In this document: in pieces, positions 1 to 17,409 of the stretch
How the letters are laid out: each line of letters begins with the position of its first letter
Numbering within the stretch: the stretch's first letter is position 1
Assembly: GCA_964057225.1 (NCBI GenBank)
Contig: OZ059896.1
Coordinates: 13,578,001-13,642,000, forward strand
Source: Auanema rhodensis
Taxonomy: Eukaryota > Animalia > Nematoda
Direction: 5' to 3'
Length of the DNA: 64,000 nucleotides
Notes under the pieces: generated by a model
The model's input: only the letters and a program-made list of their open reading frames with translations
What the model was told of the DNA's origin: nothing
Databases searched by the model: none
Translations under genes and position numbers: made by a program

Positions 1-502
1 AATAAGTGAAGTAAGACAGGAACTTAAAGCTAAAATTCTATTTCCAATCTTCTTCTTCAATTTGTTTCATGTTGTCTATTTCAACTGAGATAATGATTTG
101 AAGTTTCAATCTTATAAGGTCTTTATATTATTTATTTTTGACAAAAAAATGAAAAATTTTTCACGTAATGTTCGAGAAATCGTATATTATCTGGAAAAAA
201 TGAAATAAGTACTAGAGAAAAGTTTTGGAATTTTTCTAATTAATCCAAAAAAAAGTTTCTTTTCAAAATAAAATCCTCATATCCTTGTTGTCTTGATATA
301 TCGTTATTGTCAAGTTTTATGTATGTGTACATGTGTTTGTTCTTTCAAATTGTTAAAGCTTTGATATATATAGAGAAAGAGGTAGATAGAGACATATATT
401 TATTTTTTTCAGAATATTTATATAAGTTATTGACACGAAAATGAAAAAAAAAGAAAACCCGCAATATGTATCACTGGAGATGTTGTTTCAAACTTTCAAT
501 AA

Positions 503-835
503 CTACTGAAATCTTCGTGATGCTCCTGAAAAACATTGGCATTAGAATAACATTAAACAATATTTTTTACTAGTTGGTATTGGGGTTATGCCATGATGTT
601 CCATCAATGGAGCTGATATTTGACGAACGAACGGATGTGGTGAAGTAGCTTGAATCCTCTTCATATCGAAAAATTGATCTTTTCTATCAGATGGAATTAT
701 AACATCTATGAAAATAAAGATTATTTCTGTACAGAGAAAAAAAAGAAATTTAAAATTACCTGAATATGTGTTATAAAAAGATTGGACTAGAACAATGATC
801 TGAATGAAAATCAGCAAGAATGCAAGAAAGTTCAT
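503..835 (-). CDS. Putative small secreted protein (77 aa, 3 exons), possible peptide precursor
   Basis: Exons 835-760, 705-571 and 525-503 have GT/AG sites and consistent phases. They give MNFLAFLLIFIQIIVLVQS-FYNTYSDVIIPSDRKDQFFDMKRIQATSPHPFVRQISAPLMEHHGITPIPTRASRRFQ*, with a hydrophobic signal-like N-terminus. No homology recognised. Confidence 0.5.
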
Positions 836-2640
836 CGTCTGATTAGAAAATGCAGAAATAAAATTCTGCAATAAGAAACTTTGAAGAATATGTCGAATAT
901 TTGAATTCTATAGAAATCAAGATAAAAGTCAATGAAAATAAAAATAAAATGCCATTTTGAGAGAAAATGAGATGAACAACCAACACTGAAATTCAATAAG
1001 TATTTACTTCGTTAGGAAGCAATAAAAGAAAAATTAGTTGTTGAGAACGTCAATACCAGTTTCAACTATCTTCACTTATTATCTTCTAAATCAATCGATA
1101 TAAATGATACAATTAAAGTCAGACTTGTTACATTACGCAAAAGGAGTAAATGGTTTTACTTTTTCAATAAGAATATAATTTGAAGAAAAGTTTTCAAGTA
1201 CAAAACAAGAGGGTTATGAACTGGTTTGCAGTGAAAATATAATTTTGGAACCTTTTTTGTCAAAGTTTCAAGTGTGAGAATAATGCATGTCAAAATCTTT
1301 TAAGCTTCTTCAACGTGTTTTTCCCACAGTTTTTCTGAAACTTTGACGTGATGCTTCACGTACTTCATTTTTGACTGGATATGAAGCAGTAAACGGTTGA
1401 ATGTTTCCAGTTTTTTATCTGGACCAACAGTTAAAAAGTTAGGGAAAATATTGTTTGATTGAAAAAAACTAGCTGGCAAAGAAGGTAGAAATTTGGAGGA
1501 ACTGTTTTACGTAATATACAAATGTAATAGATCATAACCCACTTTTACCAGTCAACGATTAAAGTTATTCTTTACAATAGCCAAAAGAATCAATTGGTTG
1601 ACTCAAATAATTATTGTGAAATGAATGAAAGAAAGAATAAGTAGGTTCAAATATACAAAAGTGAAGGGCAAAACAAGGGAGGGAGGATGACTGAGGAAAG
1701 GGGTGTGCCACAGATTCCGAAAACTGTGTCAACTGAGAATGCAAACGAGGCAAGAAACCAGGAAAAGAAATCTTATATTCTAATTTCATACAAATCTTGT
1801 GTTTCCAGCAGACAGTAGAATAGGAAAGAAAATCTCGACTTGTTATTACGTTTTTCAAAGTATTCAAACTATTTCCGCCATTATAAGTTTTCGGCCAACC
1901 TGTTGGTCACTTCATACTGACAGATTGTCAAATAACACCGACAGTAAGTAAATGATTCTCAGCCTATTCGTTAGATATTGATATTGGTTATGACTGCAAA
2001 GTTGACACAGTTCCTCTTCTTGAATCATCTCTTCACAGTCTATTTCTCTCAAAGCACTTATATTGAGTATAAGTAAAACATTTGTGGCAGAAAAACGTAT
2101 TTGACTTATTAAAGTAGACCTCATTGTGCATAGAAATCTACACAAAATATATTATTAAGAATAAAGGCTTCAATAGCTATAAATGGTATACTTCAAAGAT
2201 AACAAACCGTTAAATGAAATTCAAACGATTTTAGCAGTGAAGACTTGTTGTAGTCTGCCATGTAAGCATATAAAACTTGCGTTATGTGAGAGATAATTTC
2301 AATATAAAATAGTGTATTCTAAGCTATGTCATTTATGCATTTGGGACTAAAACAATATTCCAATTTATAAGATATAATACGGAAACAATGAGCCCCAGCA
2401 CTTGATCCGTAATAATCTGAGTTTCTGGAAAGCAATTTAAACAACATTCGGTATATTGAATTCAAGTTCCCGGCGCTGATTGCCTCTTTGGCAATAAAGT
2501 AACAAATTTTCGTCAATTCAATATAGCTTTATCGTTAGCTCAATCGCTATGTGCTGTGTGTTAATCTTATAAGAAATATACAAACATGAAACGATATGAA
2601 AACTTGACAATCACTCGACAAACCGTGCAAAACACATTAT

Positions 2641-5674
<3,034 letters not shown>

Positions 5675-5777
5675 ATCACGCAATATCTTGTAAAATTGAA
5701 AACTCAGATATAGCTGGATATGCTGAATTTAGTTATCAAGTTTCAAGCTTTCGAAGAAATTTAAAAATATATAAAGA

Positions 5778-5870
5778 GGCGCTCAAATTACAATGAACAT
5801 GAGAGGCAATCAGTTTCTTTTTTAAAATGCTTGAAAACCCGCGCTCTGTTTTTATAAATAGAGCGCGAAA
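5778..5870 (-). promoter_or_regulatory. Candidate E2F/DREAM-type GC elements in the pig-1 promoter
   Basis: TTTCGCGCTC (minus strand of 5861-5870), GCGCGGGTTTT and AATTTGAGCGCC lie 100-200 bp upstream of the ATG in an otherwise very AT-rich stretch. Confidence 0.4.
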
Positions 5871-6005
5871 TAAACCAAAAATTATTCTTAAATCTCAATG
5901 TTTGAAATTCCTTTTTATTAAATAAACTAATTGAAAATAATAATAATATTTATGAACTGTATAAACATCTGTATTTTTAATATTTAAATACTTAGAAATA
6001 TAATT

Positions 6006-9000
6006 CTAGTCTACATATAACGATTTCATGTCAATTGATTTCTTTAAGATATTATCCACGTATTCATCTACTTCGTTTTCAACTGGAATTGCTGCTTCAC
6101 TCATCATCTTTATCGTTCCTATAAGACAAGTTATTTAATCCGGGAAGAGGAAGTTTTTATTTATGCTACCAAACGAGACTCTTCGCCCACGATTATGGTG
6201 AACTTGAAGATTGACAGATGGCTCCATTGGTGGCACATCCTCAAACGATGATTCATTGGTTTCATGAGGGGAAACATGTTCTACTTTGGACTCCAATGAT
6301 AATAAATCTTCCAACGATTTGAATGGTTCTTCTGAAATATTTGTTCATTGTTTCATTAGTATGATTAGAACTCTACTTGGGAATAAGAGATCCATTTTAA
6401 TTTCATGCAGATTATCGTTGACTCTACATCCAACTTTGTTATGTTTGTGAGCAGTTGCCATAAAAAGTGTTAAATCGAAAACTCGAGATTCTAAAGCAGG
6501 CTCAAAAAACATTTCGAATGGTATGATTTCCATCTATAATCGATCTAATATATAATTCATCATCGAGTATCTCTTACGTTATAAACCAAATGTTGATGTT
6601 CTTCAATGGCCATCATCACGTCTCGCAAAACAGCGGCTTGCTGTGGCCAAACTAGCAACATTGGTTTCTCCGACTGATTATCCTCTAGCTCATCGACACA
6701 AATGCGGCTTGCTATTTCGATTACACATTCGGACATCCTTTCTACATGAATGCGAACCTAAGCAAATGTATTCTTTAAATGTATTTTGTGCTGTTATGTG
6801 AATAGAGGGAATGTAAAGCCTACTGGATCATTATTCAAGAAAATGCCATGAGTCCATTCATAAGGATGTTCCGATCTTTCACGTAATTTCCTATATATTT
6901 CGTTTAATTAAATCCAATTACAGTTCCAAGAATAACCTGCAAATCCCCCGGAAGCTAGCATCATCGAGCCCCGCAATAGGAAATGTAAGTCGAAATATGA
7001 GCTGCAAATCACCATCTAAAGGAGCTGGTGTCCAATGAAGAACCTCAAATATACCATTATGAAATATATTAAAAGTAGAAAGTGTATTACTGGAGGTTTG
7101 TTAGATATTGGATGATGATCATCCTCATTAATTTGGAAAAAGTGCACATCTTGGAAGTATTCATTCAAAGTTTTTTTAAGTTCAGAGTTATATACGAATG
7201 TTGTATAATTGAAGGTTGGGAATGTTTTCCATTGATTCAACATTACTGATCGTTCTTCTTTCCAAACTCCCGCTGGAATATTACTGAAAAGAAAATGATC
7301 TATTCCAATGAAAAGTTTATTTTTGAATGAAAAGATTTGAAGAAGCTATTGTATTCAACTTCTGATCTTCCCACGCACTTCTCAACTCAGTTCCCAATAG
7401 ATTTTGAAGCTAAAATCTTCATTAATCTAATTTAATTAGGAATTCCGAGTTTATCTTCAATCATATTACTTACTTGAGTTTTTCGTAAGCTGTTTGAGTT
7501 ATTTGATCTGCTCTTTGATATTCAGTCCTGACTATTTCATCTAACCGTTCGATCTGTTGTTCTGTCCATTCACGCTTCACTACGGCTAGTTTAGCATTCC
7601 CTTCTCCCTAAATCAATATTTTGTTCAAAAATAGTATATTATACTTAATAGAAAAAAAACTATTTTTGCTCTTATTTCCAGTAATTGGCTGAAATGAATC
7701 TCAGATAATTGGCAAAGAATAGGGGAGAAAGTGCCTCTATATGTATGTATGTGTATGTGTATGTGTATTATGTGTCCTGCACATCGGGAAGTTACAAATG
7801 TCTCCTATTATCCTATTTACATAAATAATTTTTTAAAATCCAGCATTAGAACAAATATTTTCCTTCAAATTTTTGTGTTTTTTCATTTCAAAACAGAACT
7901 ATAAATAATTTTTGGAAAAAAAAAAGAAATTTGTTTAATAGTATGCTTTAGTGATTAATAATTTAAAAAATAAAAAAAATTTTGTGTTAGAATAATAAAT
8001 ATGTCAGATTTTTAATAAGCAACTTTGATTCTTTTTCATGGTTGAACATGCTGTAATTTGGGTGAAGTTGCAACGAATAAGCGGAAATTTAAGTTTCTTT
8101 CCTCTATCGGGAGCCAAATTTCTCCATAGGGATTTGTTGAACGCTATGATAGGCTATGAAAGATCTTTCTATTTCTCTTCACTCGTTTCGAAATTAATTT
8201 TTTTTTGATGAAAAATCGAAGAAAAAAGAAAGAAAGTATATAAGAAGAGTAGATTTTTGAATTATGAAGTTAACTGATAGATGTTGAAACATTTTTTCTT
8301 CTAAAGTTTCATTGATTTGATTTTTTGATAAATTCAATTGAGTAAATGATATTATAGAGTGTGAATAGATGAAAAGCAAAACTGATGAGAAAAAAAGTTT
8401 GTGAACCATTCCTCCTATATGGAAATTTTTAAAAGAAAAAGGGATTGAAATCTCTCTCTCTCTCTCTCTCTCTCTATGTTCTATCATTTAGTCCTCTTGT
8501 GCTTTTTTTTATTTCTTTTTCCAGATTTTTTTCCAAATAATTGTATTAATTAAATAAAACTATGATGTATGAAATCAGAATAGATGAAGGGTATAAATTT
8601 TCAAAAGAAATAAATGAATTATCTATTGTCCTTGAAGATAAATAGCATAAAGAAAATTTATCAATTGAAAAGAAAAGCCGTTTATAACAAAATTGCAAAA
8701 AAAAACATTTGAATAACATTTTCAGCAACAAAAACTCGAAAAATTGTATTTTAATCAATGGAAAAATAAGACAACTTACATTTACAATGAAATGGCGTAT
8801 AGCTAATCGAATATTTGAATCGGTTAAATCATCCACTCCAAGAACAACATTGCCCTGAAGAACCGTTGATCAGTTACACACAAGTTCAGTTTGATAACAA
8901 CTTGCTTACCGGAGTGGGAAGAACAGAAAATACTTTAAAAACTTGGCTGTTCTCTGCATCCTGTTCCTTGTCTGTTAATAGAGAAGATAGATCATTTCTA

Positions 9001-9029
9001 AGTGTTTCTGAGCCACAGACTATCCACAT
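6006..9029 (-). CDS. Uncharacterised multi-exon protein-coding gene
   Basis: A series of open exons with canonical splice sites, e.g. GEGNAKLAVVKREWTEQQIERLDEIVRTEYQ, VLHWTPAPLDGDLQLIFRLTFPIAGLDD, HPYEWTHGIFLNNDP, VRIHVERMSECVIEIASRICVDEL, last exon ending ...KSLYVD* at 6006. The 5' exon (9029-8890) is tentative, and one junction near 7.4 kb could not be phased. Confidence 0.6.
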
Positions 9030-11220
9030 TTGGAAGCTGAAAATAAATTACTGACTACATATACAGAAATCAGGAAATGAAATGAGAGCAGAGCTCAGAA
9101 AATGAGGTGAAGCGGACTTGAAAGTGAGCAAGTACTAGTTGCCTCAAGAACAACATTACTTATGCTTTACTAAGCTTTGGCAAAAGCAGATTGTCAACTT
9201 AAGTCTTCGTAAATCGTTTGTTAGTTGAATTTTTCATAAAGTAAATTTGGAAAAAAATAAAAATAAAATCTTGTGAATGAAGTGGACAACGAGAAACTTC
9301 CGGGTCACTGTTATTGATTCTGCAGGATTTTTAGATGTTATTTGGGCGGTTATGATTAATTTTATAAAATAAATTATATCAATTGGTGGCAATAACGTGG
9401 AACATAATCAATTTGTCGGTGGAAATGGAGAAAAACGTGATGTTGCTGGGCTGTTCGAGATCTGACAGAAAGCAGAATCTGTTAGAAAAATATTGAAACA
9501 GGGGAACAAATGTAGATATGAGTTAAAACTTTTCACTGCTCATCATCTATAGCACAACAACTGGGTTTCAGAGGCCAAGTAGGCGGAGTTTTAATGACGA
9601 AGCTTTGAAGAAAATGTGAGAGAGGAGGGAGAGATGGACGATAGTATTAGAGAATTCAGAATATAAGAGCGATGAATGGAAAAATGAAAAGAATAAGAGG
9701 GAGGAAGGGAGGGTGATAGATAGAGAGAGAGATAGAAAGAGGGAGAAGCAACTCAATTTTGCTTCGGATAAAGCTACCCTCTTCAACATCTTTTAAACTG
9801 AGCGAGACATAATGGAGAATAAAGAACTATGATGAAAATCTTATGAATATATTTCCGCCCTTCTACCAATCTTATAATCATATTCATATAATAAGGTTGA
9901 TATACAAGTGAAAATATGGGAAAATAAGAGGGAAACTACGAATTTTAAATAAATTTTCTTCATTGATATAGATTTATGTGGTTTTTCTCGTTTTTCAATG
10001 ATAAATGATCATGAAAAAAAAACTGTGCATGTGATCCATTCACGTTTGGTTAAGGGGATGGTAGCAATTGGTTGAAAAAGGGGGAAAACCCACCGGAGAC
10101 TTTAGGTGTCTAAACATTGAATAACCTAAATATGATATAATAAGAAGATAAATAATGCAAAATGATAAATTATTGTTAAGACTATTCACGTGACCATGAT
10201 GGGGAAAAAAATATTTTTGAATTGATTGAAAGGTTTTCGTGAAACTGGTAGCTATCTTCAACATTACATATATGTATGTATGTATACACGTGCTTAATAT
10301 GTACATGATATGGCAATATGAATTCAGAAGTGAGAAGAAGAAGAAGACGACAAACGTAAAAAAGCATGGAATAGAATCAATTTATAGCTAAAGTAATATC
10401 GTTGAAAGACATAAAAGAAAATAGTGCAATGAATAGATAAGAAGAAAGCTATACTATGAAAGATAAATAAAATTTGAATGAACTATGCGTATGATTAAGA
10501 AAAGGAAAATTTAATTTTAAAAGTAAAAGAATAGAAATTTTATATAAGAATTTGAAAACTTTTATGCTTCTTATCACATTGTTAAACTTAAAAACAATTT
10601 TTTTTCAGAATGAATCGTTAGTCGGGATGATGTTTTGGAGGAAAAAAAACAACAACGAGTATGAGCTCGCTGATTTGTACTCTATCAGGCATCGCTGTGA
10701 TAAATAAAAGTTCACGTAGAAAAAAAGCGAAAATTTGAAAGTGTCTATTTAACTAAGATGAAAATGAACTTACTAAAACTAAAGGATTGATTTTCAAAAA
10801 AATTAGAAAAAGATATTGATTATTTCCTGTTATAATAAGAGAAAACATGAAAAACTTATTGTTATCATCATATTAGGTAGCAAAGATTTTCAGTGGCTAA
10901 CTCATAAAAATGAATGAAATAGCCTAATAAAAATGATAAAACATCACAAACTCCAGAAGAAATGTAATATTTCGAAAAGAAATGAAAAAAAAATGCAACC
11001 GCTGTATACGCTTCTAAATTTAGAAATGAAATGGGGGGTGGAGGGAGAATATTGAAATTAGCATAAGTAAATATAGTATATAAGCGATACTTAAGTGAAT
11101 ATAATAACTATAATATTATATGATATTAGTTCATTTTTTGAAATTGAAACATGATGATCATAGTATGTATGTATGTAGATAAATACCTACGTATATCATA
11201 TATGCTATATATATATTATA

Positions 11221-11253
<33 letters not shown>

Positions 11254-12596
11254 GGTATGTTATTGATTTTCCTTTATTACTTTTATTATTAAAAATATAT
11301 GTTTTATATAGAAAATGGAATTATTAAATAGTTTCCATGATATGATACCAGTCTATCATGCTACTATTTGAATATTTCTATTGAAATCGAAAGCAATACC
11401 TTGATAATCGGAAAATAATTCAAATGTTTTCAGTAATAAATATGGTAAAGAATAATATTTTAAAATAAATATAAGAAAACAATTTGGAAAAACAAAATTT
11501 ATAACAAATTCGGCTTTACCGTATAGTTAATTCTACAAGTTTTATGGAAAAAATATTCGGTGTATTGGTGAAAAAGGCAAAAATGTTCTGCCAATTAAGA
11601 AGAATCATTTATTCTGAAAAATACTTCAAACAAGTTTTTTTTACTAAGAAGAGAAATTGTTGTAAAAATGATGGATTTCATTGTAATTATGTATATAATA
11701 TAGATTTTTTTGGAAATGTATACATAAGTATACGAATTTTGTTTTCAATACGTTTAAACAAAGGATTTTCCTGATTTAGTGCATTATGGAAAAAGAAATA
11801 TTAATGTGAGCAAACTATTATATTTAAATATAAGGAAATATATTAATTATTATAATAATTATTCTCTTAGTTATACCCTAAACCGAATCTTAATTCTTGA
11901 TATTTGGCTCGTCGTGCTAAGATTTCTGAGAGGTTCTTCTAGTTTTTCAGTGAAATTACATGGATTGTGTTGATGTTTCTCACGATGTTGCAGAATGCCA
12001 TTGCATCTTAAGCATTACCAAAACTAATTTTTGAATGGATAATCACAACTGAAAAATTAGATAATGACGCTTTTGCTCTTACGCGGATTCAGCCACAGGT
12101 AATCTCATCAATCATCAATTCGCCCCCAATCAAAAACGTTTTTCATGAAATTTCTGATGTATTATAATAATTATTACGTATAGATAATTTCCGTACATTA
12201 TACTATGTAGAATATTCAATTTCAATATATAAATCTATATGATAATAGAAATAATTGTTTTAAAATTTTATTATTTATTAAATGAACTGTCTTTATATGT
12301 ATATACTAATATTATATATATGTGTAGTTATATGAGAAAAAAAGTTTGAATGTTAATTAGTAATAAAGATTAGATGAGATGAAGTTTTGTAAGGCTTAAG
12401 CATGTGATATTCAAAGCAGAACCATTGATTTTGGATTATCTAATATCATTGTTAAGCAACTTTTACATTTATCTTCTTCGTGTCCAGATCACTTTTATAA
12501 TTTTTCTTTTTGCTCCAACGAAAAATTCTTCTTGTTCCTCGTAACACAACTCGAACATTTTCCATTTCAGTCACTTAATTCATTCATTTTCTTCTA

Positions 12597-14656
12597 ATGA
12601 TTTCAACAAAACTGTCGGAAGCACATAAGCTTTTGAGCCAAAGGCCCAAGCTATTCATACTGCAAGCATGGTCAATGGCCGTCAATGGATTTTATGTGAG
12701 AACAACATGATAATAAATATTAAAAAAACATTTTTTTTTTCAATTTAATTATATTTTTATGTTTCTAGACTAACTACTTGTTTACTATATTCTCATCAAT
12801 AGCATGTCATACTCATATACCACGTAGTCAAGAATATATGTTTTATATCTTATTATCATCAGCAATTCTAATGGGTACTATACTTACATCTAAAATTGGA
12901 AAAAGGTTTTTATTTGAAAATTATGAGAAAGCAAAATATTTATTTCTTGTTTTCAGCTTTGATTCATGCCAATTACTCTTCGTCTGTAATGCTATTAGCT
13001 CTTTAAGTTTTTGGCTTCTGTCTACATTTCATCTGGTTATATCAATCTCTGTTTGTCTTCTTATTGCTGGATTATGCATCGGAATTTCCTTTTCAACTAC
13101 AATTTATATTTTTATTACATCATATCCTCAAATTAATATTTATCTTGTTCATGTAAGTCATAACTTTCATTTCTATCATTTAGTCATCTTTTAGCTTTTG
13201 TTTTTCGCTAATGGATTAGGAAGCCCATTGGCAACTTCATTATTTTATCCGGAAGAGGTTGATTGTGAAAAGAAATCCATTTTTTCTGGAACTTTTCAAG
13301 CCCAGTCAGCTAATATCCAGCAGCTCATCCATCCTTCACATACTTTCAGGAACAAAACTATCATACTTCAATCATCAATCAGTATGAGTCAGATCTGTTT
13401 TCTATATATCATATGCCAAGTGAGAAGCTTAATGAAAACTGAAATTAAAATTTTATTTTTAAAGTTTCCTTTTAAATACATCTTACTTACAACAACTACT
13501 GGACCAGATGAAGAGATGAGACGAAGACAAGAGTATGATTCTATTGAAACTGGTAAGCTTGCGTGTATTCCAGCTTGTTGAGCTTGAAGAACAAGGCTGT
13601 AGGGGGACACAGATAATACAACAAAGCATCATAGCATATGTATCTTCAAAGCAATTACTTTTGCAGATACGACAATTAAACCAAATTGTTTCAAACTACT
13701 TGGAATCTCTGTTATGTTTGCGATCTTAGCATCAAGCATTCATTCAACATTCCCGCTTCTCGTGTATTATCATCCAAAAGGATGTATGATTCATCTTCAT
13801 ATCTTCGAGGTTTTCTCAAAGTTTCAATAAGGAAAAAGAACAAAATTTATTGATTTCAGATAGCTTTCTTGATTGGACGTCTACTTAACATATACATTGC
13901 CTCAATCACAGCTCCATATTGTAATCTTGGAATTTGCATTGTCAGTTTTCAGACATCAAAGTTTTTTTTTAACAAATTTCTTTCAGTTAGGATGTGGAGT
14001 AGCATGTTGTATTATGTTTTTTGAAAATTGTATTATATTTGGATCAGCATGCTTAGGAATATTTTTATCTCCGTTTGAGCCAGTTCTCTTACTTTATATC
14101 AAAAATTCTTTGAAATTACAAGGTAATATTTGAATTTAGTTATTTTGATATAAATTCTATTTTAGAATCAGCTATCTATGTAATTCTAACTGGAACATCT
14201 GTTGGATATTTATCATTTCCACTTTTACTTCAAACTGATCCAACTGAGAGTCGTCGTATAACAGCAATTTACTTTTTAATTATATTCATTTTGGTTTTAC
14301 TATATGTTTCAATGCTGAATACGCAAAGTCAATATGCTGGAGAACAAGGTTTAATGCTAATTGACATTTTGATTTCTAAATATTTCTCTTTCTACATATA
14401 TTAGGAACTCAAGATGGATTGAAGTTATTCATTGACCGCTTCTTCTCTGGTCAAAATTTATTAAAACGAACAAGATCTTTGCGTCCATTCATTACAAGAT
14501 TACGTCAAAGTTCTTATAAAAAATTTAGGTAATAACATATATACATATCTTTATTAATAAATTTTTGAATTTTTCAGACGAAGTGGAAGACGAATGCAAT
14601 ATCGAACACCAACAATTGAGATTACACTTGAACCTGAACCGAATATATGTGATTGA
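12597..14656 (+). CDS. Multi-pass membrane protein, probably a divergent major facilitator superfamily member
   Basis: More than 10 short exons with repeated hydrophobic segments (YILLSSAILMGTILTSKIG; LLIAGLCIGISFSTT; FFANGLGSPLA; IIFGSACLGIFLSP) and a basic C-tail ending ...TIEITLEPEPNICD*. Family inferred from hydropathy pattern only. Confidence 0.55.
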
Positions 14657-16539
14657 GAATGCTTCTCGATAAATAATATTTTTTTTTATTTTTATTTTAA
14701 GATTATCATAGATTTTAGCTTACAACTTCTTTAAATACTAATCGTTTTACATCATTTACACGATTTAATGCAGTTTTTTCTGGTGTTCAACACCTTGACT
14801 ACCAACGTGTTACATTTTCTCGAGAAATCTTTGCAAAGCTTTAGATCTTTCAATCTTCTTCGCCCGTGAAAAGCCCCACCCGGTAGTTTTCTTCTTTTTT
14901 TTTGATGGGAAAGCTAGAAGCAGTTTGATAATTATGGGATAATACTTCATACTTCAACTATCTAACCAAATGAGAGATATAAACATAACGAATACAATCG
15001 TTCATCTATTTCAAATAAAATGAAATGAAGTCAATGTCACGTAAATATTTCACGTATAATGACGTCTTTTTTTAATTTTTTTTTCATGACATTCATTTAT
15101 CTATGAGATTCTTCTATAGTTACAAAATTATTTCTTCATAGTACATACAAATTAGGAAGCATTTTGTTGAGAAAATGTCTTTGTAATATTACACATTGAA
15201 GATTCTCGTATCGTATAAGGTTTTGGTATAACCCTAGAACCGGGTATAGGACGAGTCGTGGTTAGCTTTCCATTGACGACTTCGATTTAGTCTTCAAACG
15301 TTCAAGGTTGATTTAAGTACTTGTATTAAGCTAATGTAGGTCCTATTCATCTTTAAGATAGTTTTTTATTTTATATAATATTTTATAAATTATTTAATGT
15401 TAAACACTAGAAAGATCTATGACAGGCAATCTGACCCGTTTTCACATCTTTCTTCGATCCCCCCATAGGTGCAGAAGTGTCTGCGATTTCTTTTTGGCAA
15501 AAATCATCATTTGATTTTGAAGAGAAAAGAGAAGAAGCATTAGTGATAAAGATTGGGTGCTTTATGAAACGTAGAGAATAGCGATCATCATGTGTTTGAA
15601 GAAGAAAAATCCGTTTTTGAACCTTTTGCAGATTTTTCTTGACATTTCGTTTCCTTCCCGCGATCGTCAAGCTTTCATAGTTCAAAGCTTAAGCGAACGG
15701 TTTACAACCCAAGAAATCAAGATGACCTTGTCTTTATAATGCTGTACTGAATCATCCACCAGCTGACCCACGTCCAAAATCGGTCCCTATCTCACATGTA
15801 AAACTATAATTTAAAATTTTAATTATATAGTTTCAATAAAAATGTTATATATATATAAATTACTATGTAATATATCTGTTTTTATTTTTTTTTTCTAAAA
15901 AAAAATTGGGAAGAAACAGTATATATGCATGTATGAAAGACAAAAAAAACAAGATTTGAAAAAACCAGATGAAAATTTTGCTTTTTCTCATATAAGGTCA
16001 TATGTCATATAAAAGATAATTTATTATATTGAAATAACACTTTTTATTATTTGAAACCAAGAATTTTCAAAAAGAGATAACCACAAGATCATTAGTTCTT
16101 CTTTAAAATTTGCAAAATTGAACTGAAGGTAGCGTCTATTAATCATTTCCTGTTTCAAATCCAACAACATATTTTCAAATTTATATTATTTACAGTTTTA
16201 TTAATTTTTTTATAAAATATATATTTATGAATTATTTGTAATTTACATGTATAGTAATTGATAAAAATGGAATAAAAAATGAAAAAACTGAATGAAAACA
16301 AAGATTTGGAATGAATTAAAATAATTTATGACAAGACAAGACTAGTAGACCCGTATGGATGATAATCAGTATTAAGGTAATTCGGAGAAAAAGAGAGTTG
16401 AGTATCAGATTCTTGAGGTTCAACATATGGGAGAATGGTACAGAAGAACCACTAGAACGAAACAAAAAAAACAATTTTTACAAAGAATCAAACGATATAG
16501 CAATGCTAGGGGAAAATGCATATTTCTCGCAGCTCAGAG

Positions 16540-17409
16540 TTAACGACGACGATAAGCCCACGAATCAATGTCATTACTTCTAAGACGTCCGTTCTGAAGT
16601 GGACGCAAAATTCGGCTAAGTGACTTTGGACGTTCATGTACAGGAAAAGCAGCACCGTTCTCATCGAACATGATTTCAGCAGATGTGGAATAACTTCTGG
16701 GCCAAATCTGAAATGATGAAATTGAAATAGAAAAACATGGAAAACGATGTCCTTATAAAGTACTTGAAAGTTTATTTAAGTTAATAATAAATTCTATTTT
16801 CAAACGTCATTATGATGAATGGTAATTTTCTCTTTTTTTCCATTTCATTGTCTTTTATTGTCTTCTTTGTGTCCATTTTTATAAAAACTAGATAGATTAT
16901 CAAAGAGAAATGACGTAAAATTAGAAGTTAGTCCTAGTTTTATGAAGGAAAAATTACTTTGTAAGTTTAAAGTAATTAATACATTTCTGGAACAAAAAAA
17001 GGAAAAGACTTTACACTTTAGTTTTTAAAAAGTAATTATAGTTACAGTTAAAATTAGTTTTTATAAAATAATTTATATTTACTTACATATTCTCCTGCTA
17101 CCGTTCCAATTGGCTTAACAAATTGAAAAGCAAAAGTATCTTCAGCATTACGCTGACGTTGCAATAGACGACTGTATACACTTTCAAGAGTAATTGAATA
17201 AGATTCTGAAAAAGGAAAGATTGGACTCATATGGAAATCAAAATTTTCAGTTTAATTCAAATTTTGATTGCAAAAACCAGTGTGAACGGTTCTAGTTTAT
17301 TATGAGAAATAGGTTAATTTCATGAAAAAAATAAATCATATAACTAACCATTAATCAAAGAAATTAAAATTGCAATTATAGTAATGAATGAAAGGATATT
17401 CATTTTCAT
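16540..17409 (-). CDS. Small secreted protein (115 aa, 3 exons), function unknown
   Basis: Exons 17409-17349, 17205-17087 and 16707-16540 splice in phase with strong TTTCAG / GTAAGT sites: MKMNILSFITIIAILISLINESYS...FAFQFVKPIGTVAGEYIWPRSYSTSAEIMFDENG...WAYRRR*. Confidence 0.75.

Noticed and set aside
1565-2516. Possible gene between the small secreted gene and pig-1
   Set aside because: I could not assemble a phase-consistent exon chain or recognise any motif.
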